Source: an uncultured Bdellovibrionales bacterium (lineage in GTDB: Bacteria; Patescibacteriota; Minisyncoccia; Moranbacterales; UBA1568). Taken from it: a DNA stretch of 64,000 nucleotides. The position numbers and the translations under genes were made by a program. Of this stretch, positions 1 through 7,166 are shown piece by piece. Below the pieces are notes generated by a model that did no database searches, had not been told where the DNA came from, and saw only the letters and a program-made list of their open reading frames with translations. Location: positions 8,389 to 72,388 of the forward strand of contig CAYLJX010000003.1 in assembly GCA_964384235.1 (NCBI GenBank), read 5' to 3'. Positions within the stretch are counted from its first letter, which is position 1, and every line of letters begins with the position of its first letter.

Positions 1-107
1 TCTTCCAGGATCTTCTGGCTGGTCGGCACACCGATACCGTAGATATAGGTGAGGGCGATTTCGATTCTTTTGTTGTCCGGAATGTTGATTCCCGCGATAC
101 GTACCAT
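1..107 (-). CDS. rpsM: 30S ribosomal protein S13 (5' part, runs off window)
   Basis: Manual translation [26 protein letters not shown]; follows rpmJ. Confidence 0.95.
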   Translation of the reverse strand, partial: MVRIAGINIPDNKRIEIALTYIYGIGVPTSQKILE

Positions 108-111
108 ATGG

Positions 112-225
112 TTATCCTTGGCGCTGCTTATGCTTCGGGGTGACGCAAATCACGTAGAGCACGCCACGGCGCTTTACGATCTTGCAGTGGGCACAGATTT
201 TCTTGACCGAAGCTCTGACTTTCAT
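112..225 (-). CDS. rpmJ: 50S ribosomal protein L36 (Zn-ribbon type)
   Basis: Manual translation [37 protein letters not shown]; not in ORF track. Confidence 0.97.
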   Translation of the reverse strand: MKVRASVKKICAHCKIVKRRGVLYVICVTPKHKQRQG

Positions 226-235
226 AAAAAATTCT

Positions 236-457
236 CTATTTCAACCGATGAACGATCCTGCCCTTGGTCAGGTCATAGGGGCTCATCTCGAGCACCACCC
301 GATCACCCGGCAAGAGACGGATATAGTGGACCCGCATCCGACCGGAAATGTGCGCGAGCACCTCGTGGCCGTTCTGCAACTTCACCCGGAACGTCGTACT
401 GGGAAGGGTTTCCAAAACCTCCCCCTCGAGACGAATCAATTCCTTGTTATTTGCCAT
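236..457 (-). CDS. infA: Translation initiation factor IF-1
   Basis: EGEVLETLP...[20 protein letters not shown]...[10 protein letters not shown]. Confidence 0.97.
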   Translation of the reverse strand: MANNKELIRLEGEVLETLPSTTFRVKLQNGHEVLAHISGRMRVHYIRLLPGDRVVLEMSPYDLTKGRIVHRLK

Positions 458-629
458 ACGGTGACCTATGCAAGCACGTTTTCTCCCGGAAAAATTCGAC
501 GTTCCTTCACCAACACAAAAAACAGAGAAGTCTCGTCATGGGGAAGCAATCAATCCTCGATCGTGAATGCGGCTGTTGATTACCCTCTCTTTCCTTGAGA
601 TCTATGCAATTTTTCAAAACGTGCTTTGT

Positions 630-658
630 ATTGTAGACGACTCGTCATTTCTTGTCAA
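630..658 (-). promoter_or_regulatory. sigma70-type promoter for infA-rpmJ-rpsM
   Basis: TTGACA-17 nt-TACAAT on minus strand. Confidence 0.75.
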
Positions 659-665
659 GCAAGCC

Positions 666-1418
666 TCACTTGCCCAACCGTCGCCCCCGTCTCATATACT
701 CCCGGATCGCTTCCCGAAAGGCCTCCGGCCCGAAATCCGGGTAGTGTTTCTCTGAGAAATAGAGCTGAGCATCAGCCATATCCCACATCATGAATCCGGC
801 CGAGAGATGCGGTTCCCCACCCGTCCGGATGAGGAGGTCGACCGGCGGCATGTCTTTGGTCATCAGGGCTCCTTTCAAGGATTCCCGCGTTATCTCCGTA
901 CCCTTCGATTGACTCAGGGTTTTCACTGCGCGGAGCATCTCGTCATCCCCGCTATAGGCCAAGAAGAAGTTCAGGAAGTACCGACTGTAATCCTTGGTGG
1001 CATCGAGGCAGCGATAAAGGATCTGCTTAAGCGCTTCCGGAAACTGCTCCTCCCACCGCCCGATGAAACGGATCTTCGCCTCATCCTTGTGGATATCCTC
1101 GCTCTCCAGGAGTTTCGCAAAATACTTGGAATAGATATCCAAGAGTGCCTTACTCTCCGCGAGCGGCCGCTTGGCGAGATTCTCCAGGGACGACCCCCAA
1201 AAGGAAAGCTCCCGGATGCCGATCCGTCTCGCCTCCCGGATGATCGCTTCGGTGTTTTCCGCTCCGGCCTGGTGCCCCTCCCAGGGTTTCAGTCCGCGCT
1301 CCGCCGCCCATCGGCGGTTGCCATCGGGAATGATCACGACGTGCCGTGGAAGAAGCTCGGCTGGAATGTTTGTCATTTCTTCAGAAGTCATATACCTCAA
1401 AGTATCCTTAACAATCAC
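666..1418 (-). CDS. uppS: Undecaprenyl diphosphate synthase (cis-prenyltransferase)
   Basis: HVVIIPDGNRRWA, GHQAG, DLLIRTGGE motifs. Confidence 0.93.
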   Translation of the reverse strand: MIVKDTLRYMTSEEMTNIPAELLPRHVVIIPDGNRRWAAERGLKPWEGHQAGAENTEAIIREARRIGIRELSFWGSSLENLAKRPLAESKALLDIYSKYFAKLLESEDIHKDEAKIRFIGRWEEQFPEALKQILYRCLDATKDYSRYFLNFFLAYSGDDEMLRAVKTLSQSKGTEITRESLKGALMTKDMPPVDLLIRTGGEPHLSAGFMMWDMADAQLYFSEKHYPDFGPEAFREAIREYMRRGRRLGK

Positions 1419-2484
1419 GATTGGCCATGTAATCAGCTACCGACACGAGAAAATCGTACGCTCGCGGTTCAATCTTTTCCTTGAGTCCTTCCAGGGCGGT
1501 TCGTCCCTCCTGGATATACCCGTCCGCCAAGGCTTTCGCTCCTGCCAAGGCACCCGTCTCCCGGATAATCCCCTGAAATTCCTCGACATCTTTTTCGGTC
1601 AGGCGTTCCCCGAGACCGAGGAGTTCCTTCAGACGCTTCCCCTGCTTCCGGCTGCTGTCCCGGAGCGCCCGTGAGACGAGGAGCGTGATCTTGCCTTCGA
1701 CGATATCGGATCCGACCGGCTTGCCGAGACGCTTCTCGGTGGCAAAGACTCCCAAGATATCATCCTGGATCTGGAACGCGATCCCAAGCGGAATAGCGTA
1801 CGCCGAGAACCCGTCGAGGACCGATTGGTCCGCACCGGCGAGAATACCACCGAGATGGAGCGGTCCTTCGACCGTATACTTGGCAGTCTTGTTGCGATAC
1901 ATCCGGAGGATCTCCTCTTCCGAGGCCTCGCCCTTGTATTCCATATAGACATCACGCGCCTGTCCGATGACCGTGAACGAGATGATGTTCTGCAGTTTCG
2001 AGAGGGCCGCGAACACGCGCTCCTTCGGAAAATCGGAACGGAAAATGACATCGTTTCCGAAAGCCGAGACCATATCCCCCATGATGATCGCAATAGAATT
2101 ACCAAAATGCCTCGCATCAGCCTGAGGAAAGAAACGCCGACCGATATCGGCATAGCGCTCATGGAGCGTCGCGACACCGTGACGCATCCCGTCGCGGTCG
2201 ATGATATCGTCATGGATGAGGAGGAAGAGATGGATGAGTTCGATACTCACCGCCGTCTCAAGCATCTTCTCTTCTTCCCGTCCACCGGCCGCCAGGTACC
2301 CGTAGTACATGAAGGCCGCCCGCAGCCGCTTCCCTCCGGAGAGTGCCAGTTCCTTCACATGTCCCAGGGCCTCGGTCACGAGATCATCCTCCTTGGCGGA
2401 TTCTTTGATAGCCACATCAAAATACGCCTCGATCCGTGGGTCGAGACGCGCCTTAAAAGCTTTCAATTCGGCCTCAATATGCAT
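1408..2484 (-). CDS. Polyprenyl/geranylgeranyl diphosphate synthase
   Basis: GGKRLR, LIHDDIID, FQIQDDILG motifs; start moved to ATG of MHIEAE because the upstream extension is a repeat element. Confidence 0.9.
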   Translation of the reverse strand: MHIEAELKAFKARLDPRIEAYFDVAIKESAKEDDLVTEALGHVKELALSGGKRLRAAFMYYGYLAAGGREEEKMLETAVSIELIHLFLLIHDDIIDRDGMRHGVATLHERYADIGRRFFPQADARHFGNSIAIIMGDMVSAFGNDVIFRSDFPKERVFAALSKLQNIISFTVIGQARDVYMEYKGEASEEEILRMYRNKTAKYTVEGPLHLGGILAGADQSVLDGFSAYAIPLGIAFQIQDDILGVFATEKRLGKPVGSDIVEGKITLLVSRALRDSSRKQGKRLKELLGLGERLTEKDVEEFQGIIRETGALAGAKALADGYIQEGRTALEGLKEKIEPRAYDFLVSVADYMANRDC

Positions 2485-2526
2485 ATGCCTGTACCGACAA
2501 AGTCTATCATGAAGAGAAGAAAAATA

Positions 2527-2604
2527 ACAGGCAAAGCCTGTTTTTACCGGCGCTGCGCTCGGAAACGAAAGCTTGCTTCCATTTCGCTCGCTTCGCTTGG
2601 TAAT
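2527..2604. repeat. Small palindromic element, family B (free copy)
   Basis: Short hairpin, then TTTTACC...CGCTCG-hairpin-CTCGCTTCG.TTGGTAAT; same layout as 47079-47159. Confidence 0.65.
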
Positions 2605-2619
2605 CAAGCACTCTCTCTA

Positions 2620-3324
2620 TCAAAACCGAAGAAAGTCCGCATAGCGGCGGTAGAGCTCGAGCGTCGCCTTGAGGTCGCGAGCGTTGTAACGGGCAATATC
2701 CTCGTAACGTTTGTCGCGGAAGAGGCTCTGCACATCATCGCCGGACACGCCCTGACTCTTGGGACTTTCGATACCGAAGGCCCTCGTCCAGAGGTGGAGA
2801 CTCCCCTTGCGCCGGAGCGCCCCATAGAAAGACAGCTGGTCGAGAAGGTCTACATGGCGGGCGTTCCCCGGCTGGTAGTTGAGGTAACGGTTGGCCATGA
2901 GATTCTTGGACGGTCGGATACCATGCACCGCCGAGCGGATCATGAGGAATGGCACATCGAACATGCGGCCGTTGAACGTGACGAACTCGTCATATTTCCC
3001 GACGATGCTCCAGAACTTCTCGAGCATCGCCTTCTCCGAGAGCGCCTCGTACTTGTACTCCCCTTCCTCAAAGGTCCGCTCCTGTCCCGGCGCCTGAAAG
3101 TACACCGCGCCCTTGTCCTTGTCCCCGTCGAGCACGCCGATGGCGACGACCTCCCCGGTGAGCGGTGAAAACCCGAGACCCTCTCGGATATCGGTGAGGA
3201 GCGCACTATACTCCTCGTCGCTTCCCGCCTCGCGCTTGATCCAGCGCGTGAGACTATCCTTGGTCGTCTCGTCGAGCGCCTCGAAGTCCTCCCCGATGGT
3301 TTCGATGTCGAAGATGAGAGCCAT
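2620..3324 (-). CDS. DEDDy-type 3'-5' exonuclease (RNase H-like / PolB-exonuclease-like)
   Basis: LIFDIET, VTFNGRMFDVPF, YNARDL motifs. Confidence 0.85.
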   Translation of the reverse strand: MALIFDIETIGEDFEALDETTKDSLTRWIKREAGSDEEYSALLTDIREGLGFSPLTGEVVAIGVLDGDKDKGAVYFQAPGQERTFEEGEYKYEALSEKAMLEKFWSIVGKYDEFVTFNGRMFDVPFLMIRSAVHGIRPSKNLMANRYLNYQPGNARHVDLLDQLSFYGALRRKGSLHLWTRAFGIESPKSQGVSGDDVQSLFRDKRYEDIARYNARDLKATLELYRRYADFLRF

Positions 3325-3328
3325 ATGA

Positions 3329-3368
3329 TTAGCTGCTAGCTTCCTAGCTTCGTTAGCTTCTTAACTTC
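3329..3368. repeat. Tandem TAGCTT-type 7-8-nt microrepeat
   Basis: tagctgc tagcttcc tagcttcgt tagcttct taactt; same unit as 55672-55772. Confidence 0.7.
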
Positions 3369-3488
3369 AATATTCTAACAGAAAAAGAAAAAGCCCGCCT
3401 GCAACGCTTGCGCGTGACAGGACAGGCTTTGCAGGCCGTGGTGTGCAGTACACACTCGGTAGCCTTTGAGAGTCGGGTTGCTCTGGAT

Positions 3489-4187
3489 TCAAACACTGAC
3501 ACCATACTGCTCTCGGTAGACGAGAATCTTCTCCAGTATTCCGGCGATATCGTCACCATCGTCTCCGGCCGACGCTCGTTCCAGCAAACTGATGAGGTCC
3601 GAGAGTGTCGCAGCGACATGCACAGGGATCCCATAGTTCCCCTGGAACTCCTGTACCGCCGACAGATCGCTTTCCTTTCCGCGTTCCTGCCGATCGAAAG
3701 CGATCGCACAACCGATGGCAGTGCCTCCATTCACCCGAACGATTTCCACGGCTTCGCCCGAAGATGTACCGGTCGTCATCACGTCATCGACGATCAGGAC
3801 ATCTTTCCCTTCCACGGGCATGCCGACGATGATGCCGCCTTCACCGTGATCCTTCGCTTCCTTGCGGTTGAAGGCATAGCCGATATTCACCCGGAGGCGT
3901 TCCTCCAGCTTCAGGGCTACTGCCGTTGCCAAAGGAATCCCCTTGTAGGCCGGACCGAAAACGATTTCCGGGGAAGAATGGCTCACTATGGCCGCGAGAT
4001 AGGCATCGGCAAGTTGAAGAAGCGACCGTCCCGTATTGAACAGCCCGGAATTGAAGAAATACGGCGATATCCGCCCGCTCTTCAGCTTCCGTCCTTCCGG
4101 CAACAGCTCCAGCGCACCGATACTGAGAGCGTACGCCAGAAAATGCTGAGCAGGATTTCGAGCGTACTTACCAAGACCATGTTTCAT
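3489..4187 (-). CDS. pyrE: Orotate phosphoribosyltransferase
   Basis: LKSGRISPYFFN, FGPAYKGIP, NRKEAKDHGEGG, IVDDVMTTGTS. Confidence 0.96.
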   Translation of the reverse strand: MKHGLGKYARNPAQHFLAYALSIGALELLPEGRKLKSGRISPYFFNSGLFNTGRSLLQLADAYLAAIVSHSSPEIVFGPAYKGIPLATAVALKLEERLRVNIGYAFNRKEAKDHGEGGIIVGMPVEGKDVLIVDDVMTTGTSSGEAVEIVRVNGGTAIGCAIAFDRQERGKESDLSAVQEFQGNYGIPVHVAATLSDLISLLERASAGDDGDDIAGILEKILVYREQYGVSV

Positions 4188-4197
4188 GTTGCCTCCT

Positions 4198-5100
4198 TCA
4201 GTTGCGATACTGGTTGATGGAACTATGCATCTCCTGTGTCTCGCGACGAGCGGCTTCGGGGAAATCCGGGCCGTCCGATGCGAAGATGATGCCGCGCGCG
4301 GAGTTGATAATCATGCCCTGATTGCGGCTGTCCTTCCCCGCCTTCACCGTCGCTTCCAAATCACCGCCCTGCGCGCCGATCCCCGGGATGAGGATCGGCA
4401 TGTCGCCAACGATCTCGCGGACTTCGGCCAGCTCTTGCGGACATGTAGCCCCGACGACGACAGCGCAGTTGCCGTTCGTGTTCCAATACCGAGAAACACG
4501 AAAAGCAACGTACTGATAAAGGGGAATACTCGTATCGCTCGGCTCTCGTTTGACAAGGGAGACGTATTCTTCATACTCACCCATTCGCAAACTGACTGGA
4601 CGATCTTGGAACTCACCGGCGCCCTTGTTGGACGTACGACAGAGCACGATGATGCCCTTGTCCTTCTGATCGAGGAACGACTGCATCGCTTCCTGACCGA
4701 AGTAGGGCGACACTGTCACCGCATCCGCATCGAAGTAATCGAAGGCTTCCTGGACGTAACCGACATTGGTGTTGCCTATGTCGCCACGCTTGGAATCCAG
4801 AATCACCGGAACATCGGGTGCTACTTTCCGGATGTACCTGATGGTGTAGTACAGCACCTCCTCTGCCTCCGGGCCGGTGTAGAAAGCGATATTCGGCTTG
4901 TACGCCAAGACGAGATCACGGGTCGCGTCGATGATCTTGCTGTTGAAGGCGAGACACCCGCCGACATCCTCGATGTTCTCGTCCTTCCAGTGGATGAAAT
5001 ACTGCCCCTTCGGCAGTTTCTGCGGGTCCGTGTCGAGCCCGACGCAGACGAACTTTCCCTCGTCCCATCTCCGTTGCAGCTTCTTCATGAACGTTGTCAC
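4198..5100 (-). CDS. pyrF: Orotidine-5'-phosphate decarboxylase
   Basis: CVGLD, YKPNIAFY, LDSKRGDIGNT, ILIPGIGAQGG, NSARGII. Confidence 0.96.
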   Translation of the reverse strand: MTTFMKKLQRRWDEGKFVCVGLDTDPQKLPKGQYFIHWKDENIEDVGGCLAFNSKIIDATRDLVLAYKPNIAFYTGPEAEEVLYYTIRYIRKVAPDVPVILDSKRGDIGNTNVGYVQEAFDYFDADAVTVSPYFGQEAMQSFLDQKDKGIIVLCRTSNKGAGEFQDRPVSLRMGEYEEYVSLVKREPSDTSIPLYQYVAFRVSRYWNTNGNCAVVVGATCPQELAEVREIVGDMPILIPGIGAQGGDLEATVKAGKDSRNQGMIINSARGIIFASDGPDFPEAARRETQEMHSSINQYRN

Positions 5101-5173
5101 GACAAACCTCTCTTTCTTTCAGTTATTAACAGTACTGCCTCCGTCAGCTTTTCAATCGAAAAGCCGATACTCC

Positions 5174-5202
5174 AAGATACGGGTTTGAGGGGTTGGTGTC
5201 AA
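5174..5202 (-). promoter_or_regulatory. Putative sigma70 promoter for pyrF-pyrE
   Basis: TTGACA-17 nt-TATCTT. Confidence 0.55.
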
Positions 5203-5288
5203 ATAAATAAGGCTCTGCCCGTTCGATTCCCTAGCCCTAAGGGGAATCCTCTTCCCTCGCCATTCCGCACGGAGGCTCCGCAGTTTGG

Positions 5289-5431
5289 CCTAAGGGGAAT
5301 TCCGCCTCGCGGTCTGCTGACCGCTTCGTTGTCCGGGGCAGCGCCAGATGCTCGCTTGCTCGCATCCGTCGACACTCGCCAGTTTCGCCTTCGCGAAAAG
5401 ACTTGCTCCTGCCCGTTCGATTCCCCTTAGG
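5289..5431. mobile_element. tRNA-associated element, copy 1 (flanks derived from tRNA-Glu 3' end)
   Basis: Core ~5299-5420 near-identical to ~6065-6186; left flank cctaaggggaat is a direct copy and right flank gttcgattccccttagg an inverted copy of the tRNA-Glu 3' end; mobility is inferred. Confidence 0.7.
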
Positions 5432-5482
5432 ATAACAAAGTAAATACCCACCCCATAATGGGGTGGGTATTTACTTAATTTG

Positions 5483-5554
5483 TAGCCCTAAGGGGAATCG
5501 AACCCCTGTTTTCTCCGTGAGAGGGAGATGTCCTAGCCGCTAGACGATAGGGCC
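5483..5554 (-). tRNA. tRNA-Glu(CTC)
   Basis: GGCCCTATCGTCTAGCGGCTAGGACATCTCCCTCTCACGGAGAAAACAGGGGTTCGATTCCCCTTAGGGCTA cloverleaf. Confidence 0.95.
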
Positions 5555-5575
5555 AAATTTTGAAAACCTTCTTAG

Positions 5576-5646
5576 CAGGGGCGGTAGGAATCGAACCCAC
5601 GCAAAGGGTTTTGGAGACCCTTGTACTACCATTATACGACGCCCCC
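5576..5646 (-). tRNA. tRNA-Trp(CCA)
   Basis: GGGGGCGTCGTATAATGGTAGTACAAGGGTCTCCAAAACCCTT...GGTTCGATTCCTACCGCCCCTG. Confidence 0.95.
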
Positions 5647-5663
5647 GTGAAGAAAACCGAGAA

Positions 5664-5825
5664 CTACTTGCTCTCGGTATGGGTCGTGTTCTTCTTGCAG
5701 AATCGGCAATACTTGCTGAGAGAAAGCTTTTCCTTGACCTTCTTCTTGTTGCGCTTGGTGTAGTGCGTGATGCGGCCGCAGGCGGAGCACTTCATCTTGG
5801 CCATCGTGTCTTTGATCTGTCCCAT
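5664..5825 (-). CDS. rpmG: 50S ribosomal protein L33
   Basis: Manual translation MGQIKDTMAKMKCSACGRITHYTKRNKKKVKEKLSLSKYCRFCKKNTTHTESK; adjacent to tRNA-Trp. Confidence 0.95.
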   Translation of the reverse strand: MGQIKDTMAKMKCSACGRITHYTKRNKKKVKEKLSLSKYCRFCKKNTTHTESK

Positions 5826-5868
5826 ACCGTTTCATTAAAACAAAAAATACGCTTCGAAAAGCTTCCCT

Positions 5869-5897
5869 ACTCTACGCGAAAAACGGCTTTTCGTCAA
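5869..5897 (-). promoter_or_regulatory. Putative promoter for rpmG
   Basis: TTGACG-17 nt-TAGAGT. Confidence 0.45.
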
Positions 5898-5902
5898 CAC
5901 TG

Positions 5903-5975
5903 AGCCGTTGACCGGGATTGAACCGGTGACCCCCACCTTACCATGGTGGTGCTCTACCAGCTGAGCTACAACGGC
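5903..5975 (-). tRNA. tRNA-Thr(GGT)
   Basis: GCCGTTGTAGCTCAGCTGGTAGAGCACCACCATGGTAAGGTGG...GGTTCAATCCCGGTCAACGGCT. Confidence 0.95.
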
Positions 5976-6051
5976 TTGTTCAAAACTAAAGAACAAATCC
6001 CGATAATTATCAGGACTTTTTCTATTGTAATGTTTTTCTGAGAAAAGTCTA

Positions 6052-6195
6052 GGGCAGGGAGGGAATTCCGCCTCGCGGTCTGCTGACCGCTTCGTTGTCC
6101 GGGGCAGCGCCGAATGCTCGCTTACTCGCATCCGTCGACACTCGCCAATCTCGCCTTCGCTCGACGGCTCGCTCCTGCCCGTTCGAATCCCTCCC
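6052..6195. mobile_element. tRNA-associated element, copy 2 (flanks derived from tRNA-Tyr 3' end)
   Basis: Same core as 5299-5420; left flank gggcagggaggga is a direct copy and right flank gttcgaatccctccc an inverted copy of the tRNA-Tyr 3' end. Confidence 0.7.
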
Positions 6196-6248
6196 CATAC
6201 TCAAACAAAAGAGAAAAGGTACCCTCCAGGGTACCTTTTCTCTTTTTG

Positions 6249-6331
6249 TGGGCAGGGAGGGATTCGAACCCCCGAAGACCGAAGTCGCCTGATTTACAGT
6301 CAGGTGCGATTGACCGCTCCGCCACCTACCC
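6249..6331 (-). tRNA. tRNA-Tyr(GTA)
   Basis: GGGTAGGTGGCGGAGCGGTCAATCGCACCTGACTGTAAATCAGG, long variable arm, GGTTCGAATCCCTCCCTGCCCA. Confidence 0.95.
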
Positions 6332-6403
6332 AAAACTCTGCAATACTTTCCAAAGAACTACCATCCTCCTATTTATACATACTTTCTCTTTCTTTTCAAT
6401 ATG

Positions 6404-6476
6404 AGCCACCCGTCGGATTCGGACCGACGACCTACGCATTACAAGTGCGTTGCTCTACCAGCTGAGCTAGGGTGGC
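6404..6476 (-). tRNA. tRNA-Thr(TGT)
   Basis: GCCACCCTAGCTCAGCTGGTAGAGCAACGCACTTGTAATGCGT...GGTCCGAATCCGACGGGTGGCT; T-loop reads TCCGAAT. Confidence 0.92.
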
Positions 6477-6487
6477 TAGTTTCCCAA

Positions 6488-7093
6488 CTATATCCTATAT
6501 TCCTTGATCCAAAGATTTATCTGGTTCAACAGTTTCTTATCCGAATAATTGATAACTAACGTACCATATGGGGATTTTTTCTTATATGTCCCTTTCTTAC
6601 CGACATGGACATAGGACTTATAGAAATTTTGCTTCTGCACCTTCGTAATGCCGGACCAAAAACCTATCAGTTCTTGCTCATCATGGTCAGGATACATGTG
6701 TATAAGCAATTTCAGACGACTTTCCCAAATTCCACAGACTTCCCGGAGAAACCGAAGAAACAGTCTTATCATGTCAGGATCACTATTCACAAACTTCACC
6801 GTACTCCATCCCTTACATCCTTCAGCCCAATACAGCATAACCCCTGCCAACCGAAGTTTCTCCTCTTCACCATAAAAAGTCTTCTTGAGTACCAGTGGTT
6901 TTTTATGAAATTTCGTTATATGCCACTGGGTGACAGCATCACTCCTCGAACGGCGGACTACTCCATTCTTATTCAGGTAATATACAACTGACGAAGAAGG
7001 AACGTTAAATTTCTTCGCTATCTGAGCCATGGAAAGCCCTTCTTTGAGATAGGATTCTACAAACTTTTTCTGTATATTCTTCGATATTGCCAT
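6488..7093 (-). CDS. HTH + LAGLIDADG-like homing-endonuclease-family protein
   Basis: N-terminal HTH (GLSMAQIAKKFNVPSSSVVYYL); LAGVMLYWAEG and FVNSDPDMIRLFLRFL motifs; visibly AT-rich. Confidence 0.7.
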   Translation of the reverse strand: MAISKNIQKKFVESYLKEGLSMAQIAKKFNVPSSSVVYYLNKNGVVRRSRSDAVTQWHITKFHKKPLVLKKTFYGEEEKLRLAGVMLYWAEGCKGWSTVKFVNSDPDMIRLFLRFLREVCGIWESRLKLLIHMYPDHDEQELIGFWSGITKVQKQNFYKSYVHVGKKGTYKKKSPYGTLVINYSDKKLLNQINLWIKEYRI

Positions 7094-7166
7094 ACCGAAA
7101 TTATATCACACCAGTTGTTTAATTAACAACTGGTAAACTCCTATTTTAAAAGTACATCCAAATCAA

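Noticed and set aside
5212-6270. Possible CRISPR array or extra tRNA genes
   Set aside because: The repeats are tRNA 3'-end fragments with irregular spacing and mixed orientation, there are no cas genes, and the fragments cannot form cloverleaves.
6049-6404. Short ORFs over tRNA-Tyr and the element
   Set aside because: They overlap a tRNA and palindromic repeats and have no protein-like features.
6404-7093. Group I intron in a tRNA carrying the LAGLIDADG ORF
   Set aside because: All five tRNAs are contiguous, and no split exon or intron core was recognised around the ORF.
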